Sequence record: NC_105436.1
DNA length: 51,253 nucleotides
Strand: one strand, 5' to 3'
DNA from: a phage
Below, piece after piece: positions 26,392 to 36,245 of the stretch. Within the stretch, counting starts at the first letter, position 1, and each line of letters opens with the position of its first letter. The translations under genes and the position numbers were made by a program. The notes below the pieces were generated by a model that was not told where the DNA came from, did not search any database, and was given only the letters and a program-made list of their open reading frames with translations.

Positions 26392-27180
26392 ATGGCTAAA
26401 GATTATTCATCTGTTATGGGTCTTTCTTGCCCTGGTTGTTTGGTTGATTCTACTCGCTACAATATTGATGGTACTGGCGTTTGTGGTTCTGAATCGATCA
26501 TTGCTGGTAAGGTTGTTTTCTTCAAAGAGAGAGTAGAAGGTTATAACATATTTGTTGATCAAAAAGAGGCTGATGCAGTAGTTGCTGGTATTGCGCTAAG
26601 GAGCAACATAACAACAACAGTTAACGAGGAGGACGGGTACTCTGACTACAAAGAAGGTGATCCTATTAGCGTTGTAACTCGTGGTCGCGTGTGGGTGTTA
26701 ACTGAAAGTATTGACGAAGCTCCTTCACACGGTGAAAAAGTATATGTTAATAACGATGGATTTGTTGGTAAGTCCGGCGACCAGGTTGTTGATGGGTGGA
26801 TTTTTACAGGTGATTTTATGAAATTTGACAGTAGCATTAACATTGTAGGGATTCATATCAAACCTGTAATAGTACATGTTCAAAAGTTAACAGCGGCTAT
26901 TATTGAAGATGTTGATGGTAACAAGCCTGATGGAAACAGACCAAACAATGAGCCTGTTAATCTCAAGGTTACTGTAGAGCCTGAATATGCAACAGATAAA
27001 ACTGGAACATGGGAGATTTCATTAGGAGGAGAATACGCATCAATTTCGCCAAGTGGTGAAACGGCGCAAGTAACGCCATCAAGCAATGGTGATGTATATG
27101 TAAACTGGATGGCAAATGACGGATCTGGTGTATCTGACACATTTATCATCAACTTTGTAGATCCAGATCCTGGTCCTTAA
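26392..27180 (+). CDS. putative head decoration/structural protein with C-terminal Ig-like extension
   Basis: Paralogue of 25832-26341 plus a beta-rich C-terminal domain. Confidence 0.4.
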   Translation: MAKDYSSVMGLSCPGCLVDSTRYNIDGTGVCGSESIIAGKVVFFKERVEGYNIFVDQKEADAVVAGIALRSNITTTVNEEDGYSDYKEGDPISVVTRGRVWVLTESIDEAPSHGEKVYVNNDGFVGKSGDQVVDGWIFTGDFMKFDSSINIVGIHIKPVIVHVQKLTAAIIEDVDGNKPDGNRPNNEPVNLKVTVEPEYATDKTGTWEISLGGEYASISPSGETAQVTPSSNGDVYVNWMANDGSGVSDTFIINFVDPDPGP

Positions 27181-27192
27181 CATAAAAACATC

Positions 27193-27220
27193 TTGCACGT
27201 TTAACAAAAAGTGCTATCAT
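27193..27220 (+). promoter_or_regulatory. sigma70-like promoter (TTGCAC-16-TATCAT) with inverted box as spacer
   Basis: Spacer GTTTAACAAAAAGTGC is the reverse complement of the box core; upstream of the major capsid gene. Confidence 0.5.
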
Positions 27221-27261
27221 CTAGGCCGTTACATTTAACGGCCTTTTATGGAGGAAACAAA

Positions 27262-28233
27262 ATGGCTAAAAAATATGATGAACTAGATGCTACGATTGTA
27301 GCGAATCATTTGCAGATTCAGGGTGTTAAGACCGACGCTTCTGATATGGGTATTTGGACCGCTCAAGAGCTACACAAGATCCGCTCTACCGCATACGAGA
27401 AAGAGTATCCGGCAGGTTCCGCGCTTCGCGTATTCCCTGTAACAAACGAACTTTCTGATACTGACAAGACTTTCGAATATCAGACTTTTGATAAGGTTGG
27501 CTACGCGAAAATTATCGCCGACTACACCGATGATCTGCCGACTGTTGACGCGTTGATGACTTCTGAGTTTGGCAAAGTGTTCCGCCTGGGTAACGCTTAT
27601 CTGATCTCCATTGATGAGATTAAAGCAGGTCAGCGAACTGGCAAGAGCCTGTCAACTCGCAAGGCTAACGCTGCGCAAAATGCGCATGATCAGTTGATTA
27701 ACTTCTTGGTGTTCAAAGGTTCTAAGCCTCATAAGATCGTTTCCGTTTTCGATCATCCTAACCTTACGAAAATTGCATCCAAAGGCTGGATGAGCAATGA
27801 CGGCAATACCAAGTTCCCGCAGGTAGCAAGCGATGAACTGGAGGCCGCAATCGAAACGATCGAGGAAGTAACAAAAGGCCAGCACCGCGCGACTAACATC
27901 CTGATCCCGCCGTCCATGCGCAAAGTCCTGACGGTTCGAATGGAAAATACCACTGAAAGTTATCTGGAATACTTCCAGAAGCAAAACGGCGGTATCACTA
28001 TCGACTCTATCGCAGAGCTTGAGGATATTGACGGCAAAGGTACGAAAGGTTGCTTGGTTTACGAAAAAGATCCAATGAACATGAGCATTGAGATTCCAGA
28101 AGCGTTTAACATGCTTCCGGCGCAGCCAAAAGACCTACATTTCAAGGTTCCTTGCACTTCCAAGTGTACTGGCCTTACGATTTATCGTCCGTTTACGATG
28201 GTGCTAATTACTGGCTTGAAAAAAGCTGAGTAA
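27262..28233 (+). CDS. major capsid protein
   Basis: Start at ATG 27262 (RBS GGAGG); about 323 aa; own promoter TTGCAC-16-TATCAT; call by size and synteny. Confidence 0.6.
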   Translation: MAKKYDELDATIVANHLQIQGVKTDASDMGIWTAQELHKIRSTAYEKEYPAGSALRVFPVTNELSDTDKTFEYQTFDKVGYAKIIADYTDDLPTVDALMTSEFGKVFRLGNAYLISIDEIKAGQRTGKSLSTRKANAAQNAHDQLINFLVFKGSKPHKIVSVFDHPNLTKIASKGWMSNDGNTKFPQVASDELEAAIETIEEVTKGQHRATNILIPPSMRKVLTVRMENTTESYLEYFQKQNGGITIDSIAELEDIDGKGTKGCLVYEKDPMNMSIEIPEAFNMLPAQPKDLHFKVPCTSKCTGLTIYRPFTMVLITGLKKAE

Positions 28234-28244
28234 TTAGATAACAT

Positions 28245-28271
28245 GGGGAGCCTTAAGGGTTCCCCTTTTTT
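28245..28271 (+). terminator. terminator-like hairpin + T-run
   Basis: GGGGAGCC/GGGTTCCCC imperfect stem + T6, after the major capsid gene. Confidence 0.55.
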
Positions 28272-28289
28272 ATTTATGGAGTACGCAAA

Positions 28290-28556
28290 ATGAGCAAAAA
28301 TTTAAAACTTAAAGTAACTGGCGTTTGCATGATCATTATGAACGGTAAGCGTTATCATCCTGGTGATGAAATTGAAATTGAATCCGATCGCATTAATGAT
28401 TCCGCAATTGAATACCTGATCGCTCGCGGTGATGTGGAAGTTAAAGACAATTCCGAAATTAACGAGCAAATCAAGGCGAAAGCGGAGAAGAAGCGCAAAA
28501 AAGATCCTACCGAGGGTAAGAGCCGCAAAGAGCTAGAGGACGGCGGCGAATATTAA
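28290..28556 (+). CDS. hypothetical structural-module protein
   Basis: 88 aa, Lys/Glu-rich C-terminus. Confidence 0.4.
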   Translation: MSKNLKLKVTGVCMIIMNGKRYHPGDEIEIESDRINDSAIEYLIARGDVEVKDNSEINEQIKAKAEKKRKKDPTEGKSRKELEDGGEY

Positions 28557-28562
28557 TAATTG

Positions 28563-28583
28563 GGGCGCTTATGCGCCCTTTGT
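28563..28583 (+). terminator. terminator-like hairpin
   Basis: GGGCGC/GCGCCC stem followed by TTTGT. Confidence 0.4.
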
Positions 28584-28602
28584 CACATCTGGAGAAAACA
28601 AA

Positions 28603-29022
28603 ATGGTAGATGAATTTTACACAGACGCTGAAATCATGCAGCAAATCGTAAAGTTAGCGCCGCCAATGCAACAGGTTGATCCCGATTTAATTGTGGCATG
28701 GATTGAGCTTGCTAAAGAGTTTGTTTGCAAAAAACGGTTTAAAAACTCATACCCTAAAGCGGTTGCGCTTTACACTCTTCACCTTATGACCTTAGACGGG
28801 GCAATGAAACAGGAAGGTGAAAGCGTAGAAAGCTATTCCCGCCGCGTTGCTTCGTTCACTCTGACTGGTGAGTTTAGTCAGACGTTTGATCGAATTTCTT
28901 CCGATGCAAGCGGAAAGCAGATCCGACAAACGCCGTGGGGCAAAATGTACGAAGTGTTAAACCGTAAGCACGGTGGCGGCTTTGGCCTTGTAACTGGATT
29001 GCGCCGGAGGTGCTGCCGATGA
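28603..29022 (+). CDS. putative head-tail connector protein
   Basis: Position between capsid and tail genes; synteny only. Confidence 0.35.
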   Translation: MVDEFYTDAEIMQQIVKLAPPMQQVDPDLIVAWIELAKEFVCKKRFKNSYPKAVALYTLHLMTLDGAMKQEGESVESYSRRVASFTLTGEFSQTFDRISSDASGKQIRQTPWGKMYEVLNRKHGGGFGLVTGLRRRCCR

Positions 29023-29390
29023 ATTACAATGAGATTGCAAGAATGGCTACGGCTGGGATTAACTTTTTCAGTGATGGCAACGGTGAGTTTAAGTGCATAA
29101 CGCAGCGTGGAAGCGTTGAAATCGTCGGTGGCGAAGAAGTAGAAAAGCCAGAGATCAGCGTAATGATCAAGGGTTTAATCCGCTCCCCAAAAGTCCGCGA
29201 GGTTGATGGCGAGACAATACGAGTAACCGATAAGTTGGGGATATTCACCAATGAAACTGAGATCAAAAATGGTTATCAGATTGAAATTGATGGCGAACGT
29301 TATGTTGTCGTTGAAGCAAGGCCAGTCAGGCAGACTAACATCACGGCGGCTTATCGTCCGATATTAAGGAGGATTGCTGTGCATGGCTGA
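29010..29390 (+). CDS. putative head-tail joining protein
   Basis: Synteny only. Confidence 0.35.
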   Translation: MLPMNYNEIARMATAGINFFSDGNGEFKCITQRGSVEIVGGEEVEKPEISVMIKGLIRSPKVREVDGETIRVTDKLGIFTNETEIKNGYQIEIDGERYVVVEARPVRQTNITAAYRPILRRIAVHG

Positions 29391-29826
29391 TAACTATAAG
29401 ATCAGGGAATTTCACGGTGATATAAGCAGGTGGATTGATTCAGTAAGCAGCGGCCTTGTTGATTGCGTTGAAATGTTCGCGACAAACGTCCACGAGGATC
29501 TTGTAAATCGCTCGCCAGTTGATACGGGCCGATATAAAGCCAACTGGCAGATAACAGCAAACAAGCCGCCGCTATATGCGCTCAACCAATACGATCGCGA
29601 TGGTGGTAAAACCATTGCAGAAGGCAAGCGAGCAATATATGCAATCATGCGTGGCGGTGGCGCGGTGCGGTCAATCTATTTTTCAAACATGCTTATTTAC
29701 GCCAACGCGCTTGAATACGGTCATTCAAAACAAGCGCCGTCCGGCGTACTTGGAATCGTGGCGGTAAAGCTGCGATCCTATATGGCTAAAGCAATAAAGG
29801 ATTCGAGGGCAAAAAATGCACTATGA
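29383..29826 (+). CDS. putative neck/tail-completion protein (HK97 gp10-like)
   Basis: Start at ATG 29383; position and size; sequence resemblance is my recollection only. Confidence 0.35.
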   Translation: MADNYKIREFHGDISRWIDSVSSGLVDCVEMFATNVHEDLVNRSPVDTGRYKANWQITANKPPLYALNQYDRDGGKTIAEGKRAIYAIMRGGGAVRSIYFSNMLIYANALEYGHSKQAPSGVLGIVAVKLRSYMAKAIKDSRAKNAL

Positions 29827-30217
29827 TTTAATGTTGGCGGCAAGAAAGGCGCTGGCGTCGGAATATGAATCACGATTCAGGATCTCCTATGAAAACGTTG
29901 ATTTTGTACCGCCTGGCGACGGTTCTATGTGGTTAAAATTTGACTACATGGAAGCAGACACGGTTCGCATATCTCTTGATAGAAAATGTGTTTCTTATAT
30001 CGGTTTGGTTCAGGTTGGAATTGTCATTCCTCCTGGCGGCGGCACTGATAAAGCGCGTTTGCTGGCTAAAGAGATTGCGAGATTTTTCTATGATGGTAGA
30101 ATGTTTGAAACTGGCTATATTAGCGAGGGAGCAAACGTCCACGCATTACTAAAAAGTGAAACAGGTTGGTTCTTGCCGATCCGTTTCAGTGTTAGGCTTG
30201 ATACAAAGGAGGAATAA
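29816..30217 (+). CDS. putative tail terminator/completion protein
   Basis: Synteny immediately upstream of the tail tube gene. Confidence 0.35.
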   Translation: MHYDLMLAARKALASEYESRFRISYENVDFVPPGDGSMWLKFDYMEADTVRISLDRKCVSYIGLVQVGIVIPPGGGTDKARLLAKEIARFFYDGRMFETGYISEGANVHALLKSETGWFLPIRFSVRLDTKEE

Positions 30218-30219
30218 TC

Positions 30220-30882
30220 ATGCACTTGCCTAATGGTTCTCAAATTTTCATCGGCGTTAATATGGGTGAGCCAATTAGCGCGACTCAAATCAGCAATGCT
30301 GATAATCCTGTTTTTACAACCGAAAACACTCAAAGCATCAAAAAAGGCGCTTATGTTCTTATTGAAACATCTTCTTGGGGCAAACTTGTTAGTCGAGTGC
30401 TTCGAGTTAAGGAAGTATCAGATAATGCAAGTGTTACTCTTGAGGGTGTTAGCACTAAAGATACAAACGTATTTCCAGAAGGACAGAACACAGCAACTTT
30501 CCGAGAAGTGAAATCTTGGGTAGAGGTTCCTTGCGTACAGGATCTTGCGCAGGACGGCGGCGAGCAACAGTATTACACTTATCAGTGTTTGGCTGATGAC
30601 CAGGAACAGCAGTTGCCGACCTACAAGAGCGCCGTTTCTCTTACCTATACTTTCGCGCATGAATATGATAATCCGATTTATCCGATCTTGCGCGAGGCTG
30701 AGGAATCCGGCGACGTAACAGCTTTGCGTATGTACGTGCCGAAAGCTAAAGAGATGCGTTGCTGGGCTGGCGTATTGTCTTTTAATGACATTCCGCAAAC
30801 CACTATGAACGAAATGGAAACTGTTTCCCTTTCCGTATCTCTGAAAGGTCGATTCACGTTCTTACCTTCTGACGTTAAGTAA
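30220..30882 (+). CDS. major tail (tube) protein
   Basis: 220 aa with RBS AGGAGG, followed by terminator and then the tail chaperone pair. Confidence 0.55.
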   Translation: MHLPNGSQIFIGVNMGEPISATQISNADNPVFTTENTQSIKKGAYVLIETSSWGKLVSRVLRVKEVSDNASVTLEGVSTKDTNVFPEGQNTATFREVKSWVEVPCVQDLAQDGGEQQYYTYQCLADDQEQQLPTYKSAVSLTYTFAHEYDNPIYPILREAEESGDVTALRMYVPKAKEMRCWAGVLSFNDIPQTTMNEMETVSLSVSLKGRFTFLPSDVK

Positions 30883-30885
30883 AAC

Positions 30886-30908
30886 AAGGGGCGTTGCGCC
30901 CCTTTTTT
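30886..30908 (+). terminator. rho-independent terminator candidate
   Basis: AAGGGGCG/CGCCCCTT stem + T6, after the tail tube gene. Confidence 0.65.
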
Positions 30909-30942
30909 CATTCCTGTAAAATCAATCTATCAAATAAATTAA

Positions 30943-30968
30943 TTCCACTTTTAACAAAAAGTGCTATA
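30943..30968 (+). promoter_or_regulatory. inverted box copy upstream of tail chaperone gene
   Basis: CACTTTTAACAAAAAGTGCTATAAGGAG: reverse-orientation box abutting the RBS. Confidence 0.4.
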
Positions 30969-30981
30969 AGGAGATCTTGAG

Positions 30982-31299
30982 ATGGCAAAGATGAAACTAA
31001 CGTTAGGCCCACTGCCTGATTTTAAACTGCCTGTTTCTTTCGTGCTTCCAAATGGTGATGAGCAAGTTATTGTTTTCACTGTGCGCCACAAGAAGGCAAG
31101 CGAGATTCACGAACGATACACGGCAGAAAAGCCGATGAGCGACGTAGAAATGATCACCTTCCTTGCTTCCGGTTGGGATCTGGAAGATGAATTTAACGAG
31201 GAAAACGTTGCTAAATTGCTGGATTATTACCCTTCTGCGTCATTATCGCTGACTGGTCATTATATGAAAGCACTTGCGGGGCAGCGGGTAAAAAACTAA
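30982..31299 (+). CDS. tail assembly chaperone (gpG-like)
   Basis: 105-aa ORF ending at slippery A-AAA-AAC directly before its stop; immediately upstream of tape measure. Confidence 0.7.
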   Translation: MAKMKLTLGPLPDFKLPVSFVLPNGDEQVIVFTVRHKKASEIHERYTAEKPMSDVEMITFLASGWDLEDEFNEENVAKLLDYYPSASLSLTGHYMKALAGQRVKN

Positions 31300-31616
31300 A
31301 GCGGGCGGTTTACCTGTTTTACCTCAAGCCGCCAACTGACGCACAATTAGAGGCCGTCGGCCTATCCCGCTCAGACTACGAAGGGGAGGAGCCGCCGGAG
31401 GTAATTTTTGATGAATCAATGTTTCAATCTTGGGATCTGTTTTGCGCCATGCAGACGCAATGGAGATCGACTAGCGGCAGCGTGTATGGGTTCGACTATA
31501 ACGTTTTGCCTATGCTTTTTGACATTTACAAGATTGAGGATCGGGAGATGGCGCTAAATGATTTGCGCATCATGGAACAAAAGGCGCTAGAAATGATTCA
31601 TTCAAACAAAACATAA
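30982..31616 (+). CDS. tail assembly chaperone frameshift product (gpGT-like)
   Basis: -1 shift at AAAAAAC (31290-31296) opens a continuous frame to the TAA at 31614-31616; conserved arrangement in siphoviruses. Confidence 0.65.
31290..31296 (+). promoter_or_regulatory. -1 programmed ribosomal frameshift slippery heptamer (A AAA AAC)
   Basis: Canonical X XXY YYZ heptamer immediately before the chaperone stop codon; the -1 frame is open to 31616. Confidence 0.7.
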
Positions 31617-31636
31617 GCGCCGCGAGGCGCTTTTTT
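31616..31636 (+). terminator. terminator-like hairpin + T-run
   Basis: AGCGCC/GGCGCT stem + T6, between chaperone and tape measure. Confidence 0.5.
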
Positions 31637-31655
31637 AATATCTGGAGGTTTTAAA

Positions 31656-34337
31656 ATGGCTGAAAAATACGCTGGCCTAACGCTAGGCGTTGACGTGTCG
31701 CAGGTCAACAATGCTGTTAAATCATTGCAGCAATTCAAGAAGGCAAACGACGACGCAAAAAAAAGCGTTAATGAATTTGTTGATTCTGAGGTTGTGGCCC
31801 GACAGCAAGCAAAACAGCTTGCCGAAGAACTGGCGCGCCAGAAAGCAGAATTTAAGAAAATCCAGGAGTCAATTGATCCCACTGCATCAAAGATGGATAA
31901 GCTGCGAAAGGCAGCGACACAGCTTGATGCGCTATGGAAAAAGGGCGTTGTTCCTGATCAGACTTTTTTTGAGCTTGGGGCAATTCTTGAGACGCAGCAA
32001 AACAAGCTGATCGCAACCAAAAAAGCGATGACAGAGGAAGGCCGCGCTGCGCTTGAGGAATCAAAGAACAAGGCGCGCGCAGCGGAAGAGGCTAAAAAAT
32101 TCGTCCAGGCTTTGCGTGAGCAGGAAGAAGCAGCAGGAAAAAGCAAGTCTGAATTGCTGGAAATGAAAGCGGCACAGCTTGGAGTTAGCCAGGAGGCAGC
32201 ACCTTACATCGCAAGGCTGAAAGAGCAGGAAAAGCAGATCCAGAAACTTGGTATTTCTACAGGCCAATACAAACAAGCAATGCAGCAATTGCCAATGCAG
32301 ATCACAGACGTGGTGACTTCACTTGCTTCTGGTATGCCCGTTTGGTTGGTCGCAGTCCAGCAGGGTGGACAGATCAAGGATTCTTTTGGTGGTGCATCCA
32401 ATGCTTTAAAAGCGTTGCTATCTTTCCTGAATCCGGTAAACGTGGCGTTTGGTTTGCTTTCCGGCACGCTGGCAATTGCTGCATATAATGCCCACAAAGC
32501 ACAGACAGAGCTTGAGGCAATTAAAAAAACCGTTCAGGAAACAACTGGCTTGAGTGGTGAGTTTGCCGAAAAGATTGCTATAGGAATCCAGGAGCTTTCC
32601 GACAAGACAGGCGAAAGCGCCGAAGATCTGGCAAAGGCTTACATCACCACGAAAGACGGCGCGAGCGAGGCGATTAAAAAACTGGTTGACGTTGGAATGA
32701 CTTATGATGACGCGAAAAAGAAAGTCAACGAGTACAAGGGCGCGTCTAGCTTTGTCAGCTTGAATAACGAAATTGCAAACCACAAAAACAAAGTCCTTGA
32801 GTTGGGAGAGTCGTGGTATGAAGTTTTGAAAGCTAAGCGTGATTACGCTTCCCCGTCCGGCGGCCTGTTAGGTAAAGAGCTTGGCTATGTTAATCCTATG
32901 CTTAAGTTTGCACTTAACACTTATGAAGACATTGGAAAGGTCGTAAAGGATGCGAATAAGGACATGGCGGAGCGAGCGGAGCGAATCGACAAAGAAAACC
33001 TTTCATTAAACAGAGTGAGAGCGGCGCAAGAGGCTTTAAACAAAGCCATTGAGGATCAGAAGGGCGTGGCGCGTTCGGCTGATGAAGAACTGAAAAAGCG
33101 CGCGGCTGAAAACGTGGAGTTCAGACGCAAAGAGCTTGAGGAGATCAAGAAGCAGGAGCAGAAAAAGAAAGAGGCTAAAGGCGGAATAGTTCGCGGCCCA
33201 ACTGAGCAGCTTGATAAAGAGTTGTACGTTTTAAAAGCGCAACTGGAAACTCTTAAAGAGCATCGCACTGTTAATGATGTTATTTCTCGCCAGCGTAAAT
33301 CTTTATGGAGCATCGAAAAGCAGATCGAGATCCTGGAGGATGCGCAGAGCAAGCGTAAATTGACCGGAGCGGAACAGGCGCTACTAAACGAGCAAAAAGC
33401 CGTTTTGGAAATGGCAAGGCAAAAGGCTGAATTAGGGGATCAGATTGTTTTGCAGGAGCGCAAAAACAAGCTGGAGCAAGATAGCATTAAGTTTATCCGT
33501 GAAACGCAGGCGGCTATTGATGTGCTTGGCCTTAAGCAACTTGGCTACACTGAAAAACAGATCGAGCGTGAGCTAGAGTTACGCAAGCTGCGCACCGACT
33601 ACGAGGCACAAGGCGGAAGCGTTAACGATGAAGTTTTTCAGCAAATGGAGGAGAAACTTAAGCTGTATTACCAGGCGCAAGACGATGCGCAAAGCAACTG
33701 GTTAGCAGGAGCAAAGAACGCATGGGAGCTATTCGCGGAAGATGCAAACAATGCCTATGGCAATGTTCAGCAGATCGCAAGCGAGGCGTTAAACGGCATT
33801 ACAAACCAATTAGCGAATTTTATCGCTACTGGCAAGGCAAACTTTAAAGACTTCTCGACGGCTATCATCAAAATGATTATTCAGATGATCACGAAAATGG
33901 TTGTCTTTAATGCGTTATCTGGCCTGATGGGTGGTCAAACCTGGACGATGGGGAGCTTGCTTAAGAACATTGGCGGATTTGCTGGCGGTGGATACACTGG
34001 CGACGGCGGGAAGTATGAGCCAGCCGGAATTGTTCATAAGGGCGAATTTGTCATGACGAAGGAGGCAACGCAGCGTATCGGGGTAGGCAACTTGTACCGC
34101 ATGATGCGAGGCTATGCTAACGGCGGAGTTGTTGGTGGTTCCGGCTATACTGGCGGTGGCGCTGTCACTGGTGGAGCACCTCAATTTAACATCGGTGGGA
34201 TTGATGTTAGCATCACTAACGGCAACGATCCGAAGGGCATCGAAACTGGTGTTAAGATGATCTTTACTGATATGATTAAGCGTTCCTGTATGCAGGGCGG
34301 CGAGGTTTACGAATTTGTTATGAGCAAGCGAGGTTGA
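31656..34337 (+). CDS. tape measure protein
   Basis: 893 aa, long coiled-coil K/E/A/Q-rich region, Gly-rich C-terminal part, immediately upstream of M/L/K/I/J homologues. Confidence 0.85.
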   Translation: MAEKYAGLTLGVDVSQVNNAVKSLQQFKKANDDAKKSVNEFVDSEVVARQQAKQLAEELARQKAEFKKIQESIDPTASKMDKLRKAATQLDALWKKGVVPDQTFFELGAILETQQNKLIATKKAMTEEGRAALEESKNKARAAEEAKKFVQALREQEEAAGKSKSELLEMKAAQLGVSQEAAPYIARLKEQEKQIQKLGISTGQYKQAMQQLPMQITDVVTSLASGMPVWLVAVQQGGQIKDSFGGASNALKALLSFLNPVNVAFGLLSGTLAIAAYNAHKAQTELEAIKKTVQETTGLSGEFAEKIAIGIQELSDKTGESAEDLAKAYITTKDGASEAIKKLVDVGMTYDDAKKKVNEYKGASSFVSLNNEIANHKNKVLELGESWYEVLKAKRDYASPSGGLLGKELGYVNPMLKFALNTYEDIGKVVKDANKDMAERAERIDKENLSLNRVRAAQEALNKAIEDQKGVARSADEELKKRAAENVEFRRKELEEIKKQEQKKKEAKGGIVRGPTEQLDKELYVLKAQLETLKEHRTVNDVISRQRKSLWSIEKQIEILEDAQSKRKLTGAEQALLNEQKAVLEMARQKAELGDQIVLQERKNKLEQDSIKFIRETQAAIDVLGLKQLGYTEKQIERELELRKLRTDYEAQGGSVNDEVFQQMEEKLKLYYQAQDDAQSNWLAGAKNAWELFAEDANNAYGNVQQIASEALNGITNQLANFIATGKANFKDFSTAIIKMIIQMITKMVVFNALSGLMGGQTWTMGSLLKNIGGFAGGGYTGDGGKYEPAGIVHKGEFVMTKEATQRIGVGNLYRMMRGYANGGVVGGSGYTGGGAVTGGAPQFNIGGIDVSITNGNDPKGIETGVKMIFTDMIKRSCMQGGEVYEFVMSKRG

Positions 34338-34690
34338 TAATGAAGCTGGATCAGTTTAAGTGGTGTACGCAGGTTCAGAATGGTGGCGGGGCCATGACGT
34401 CATCGAATAACGATCGAGAGATTGCATTCGGTAACGGATACACACAGGTAGCATCTGGAGGTTTTAACACAATCCGGCGAGAGTTTAGCATTGTTTACGC
34501 TGGGCTTGATTACAGAGATGTTGTCAAGTTCCTGAATGAGCACAGGCTAAAACCTTTCTTGTGGATCATGCCAGATGGAAGCCCTGGATTGTTTAGGGTG
34601 AAAAGCGGTAGCGTCGGCCTTACTCCATTGTCGCCAACCGTTCAGGAAGTAAAAGCCACTTTTACGGAACAATTTACATCAATGCAGTAA
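34334..34690 (+). CDS. minor tail protein (lambda gpM-like)
   Basis: 118 aa, position after tape measure. Confidence 0.65.
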   Translation: MIMKLDQFKWCTQVQNGGGAMTSSNNDREIAFGNGYTQVASGGFNTIRREFSIVYAGLDYRDVVKFLNEHRLKPFLWIMPDGSPGLFRVKSGSVGLTPLSPTVQEVKATFTEQFTSMQ

Positions 34691-34694
34691 TTTA

Positions 34695-34718
34695 AAGCCG
34701 CCTTTGTGCGGCTTTTTT
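34695..34718 (+). terminator. terminator-like hairpin + T-run
   Basis: AAGCCGC/GCGGCTT stem + T6. Confidence 0.55.
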
Positions 34719-34752
34719 CTTGATGTTACAATGAGCAAAAAGGAGGTAGAAA

Positions 34753-35514
34753 ATGACTAATAAAGAATCAGGTAGAGTTGAATTTGAGAACTGCCTACAA
34801 AGTTTGTACCCAGGTGAAATTATAACGCTTGTAGAGATTGACGGGACGAAGTTTGGGGCAAATATTTACCGATTTCACAATGAAAACATCTCTTATACTG
34901 CCGAAGAATTAATGCAAGCGCAGCAAACTGGAATCTTGCCGCCGAAAGATATTATTTTCCAGGGTGAGGTTTACGGAGCGCGGCCTTTCGGTGTGAGCGG
35001 GATTAACTTCACAAGTAACGGCAGGGCAGATAAGCCTCAGCTTATAGTGTCAAACCTTGACAGCAGGGTTAGCGCCATGATCAGAAACTACAATGGCATG
35101 ATGCAAGCAAAGGTGACTTTCTGGATTACGGCAAAGGAATTTATAGGAGAAGGCGGAGCAATCAAAGATGGCGCTTACAGAAAATTGGTTTATTACATTG
35201 AGCGCCCAAGCCAGTATAATAGAGAGGTGGCGAAATTTGATCTGACATCGCCTTACGATATGGATGGATTAATGATCCCGCCGCGCATCACTCAAAGCGT
35301 TTGCTATTGGGCGCAAAGGGGGTGGTACAGGAGCGGAAAGGGTTGCTCTTATAACGGATCGGCAATGTTCGATAAAGACAATAAGCCAGTAACAGATCCA
35401 TCACAAGACTATTGCGCCGGAACTGTAACGGCTTGCAAATTGAGATTCGGTCAGCAAAACGAGTTGGATTTCGGCGGTTGCGCGGTGGCGTCACTGCTAC
35501 GGAGGAATCAATAA
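34753..35514 (+). CDS. minor tail protein (lambda gpL-like)
   Basis: 253 aa, Cys-containing C-terminal part, synteny. Confidence 0.65.
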   Translation: MTNKESGRVEFENCLQSLYPGEIITLVEIDGTKFGANIYRFHNENISYTAEELMQAQQTGILPPKDIIFQGEVYGARPFGVSGINFTSNGRADKPQLIVSNLDSRVSAMIRNYNGMMQAKVTFWITAKEFIGEGGAIKDGAYRKLVYYIERPSQYNREVAKFDLTSPYDMDGLMIPPRITQSVCYWAQRGWYRSGKGCSYNGSAMFDKDNKPVTDPSQDYCAGTVTACKLRFGQQNELDFGGCAVASLLRRNQ

Positions 35515-36245
35515 TGATTAGTGCAAAAATTAAACTTGAAATAATGCAGCACGTTAAAGAGGAATACCCTAAAGAGGCTTGCGGCGTCATAACTCAAAAA
35601 TCACGGGTACAGAAATATCACCGCATAACCAACGTGCATGACGATCCAGAAAATCATTTTGAAATGGAAGCCGTAGAATACGCTGAATCGCTCGACAAAG
35701 GCGAATTAATCGCGGTGGTGCATTCCCATTGCGGGGATGGTGCTAGTACGATACCGAGCGCGCACGACTCATGTATGTGCGATGAAATGGGTGTGTCGTG
35801 GATTATAGTATCATGGCCCGAAGGTGATATGAGAATTGTCGAGCCGCAGGAGAGGCCGCTTATCGGTCGCCCGTGGTCGCTGGGGTCGTTCGATTGCTGG
35901 GGTCTTATCATGGCGTGGCATAAACAGCACGGAGTAGTATTGAATGACTTCCGAAAACCTTACGAGTGGTGGAAGTCAGAATATGGTGAAAATCTTTACC
36001 AGGATAATTATTTGAAAGAGGGATTTGTTGAAACTAACGAGCCTCCAAAACCTGGTGATATGGTGATTATGCAACTATCATCGCCAGTCTGGAATCATGC
36101 GGGGATTTATTTGGGTAACAACCAGCTATTACATCATGCGTTTGGAAAGCTATCTCGCATCGACTTGTATTCTGGATGGTATCAGGAGCACACTGTAAAA
36201 ATTTGCCGACATAAGGATCTGAAATATGACATTGAAAGTAATTAA
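35515..36245 (+). CDS. tail tip assembly protein (lambda gpK-like; JAB/MPN + NlpC/P60)
   Basis: JAMM motif HSHxxxxxxxSxxD (VVHSHCGDGASTIPSAHD); NlpC/P60-like Cys/His (GSFDCWGLIMAWH ... HAGIY). Confidence 0.75.

Noticed and set aside
31852-33352. Several 60-120 aa ORFs antisense to the tape measure gene
   Set aside because: All lie within the 893-aa tape measure ORF on the opposite strand, with no promoters or RBS; typical shadow ORFs of a long biased-composition gene.
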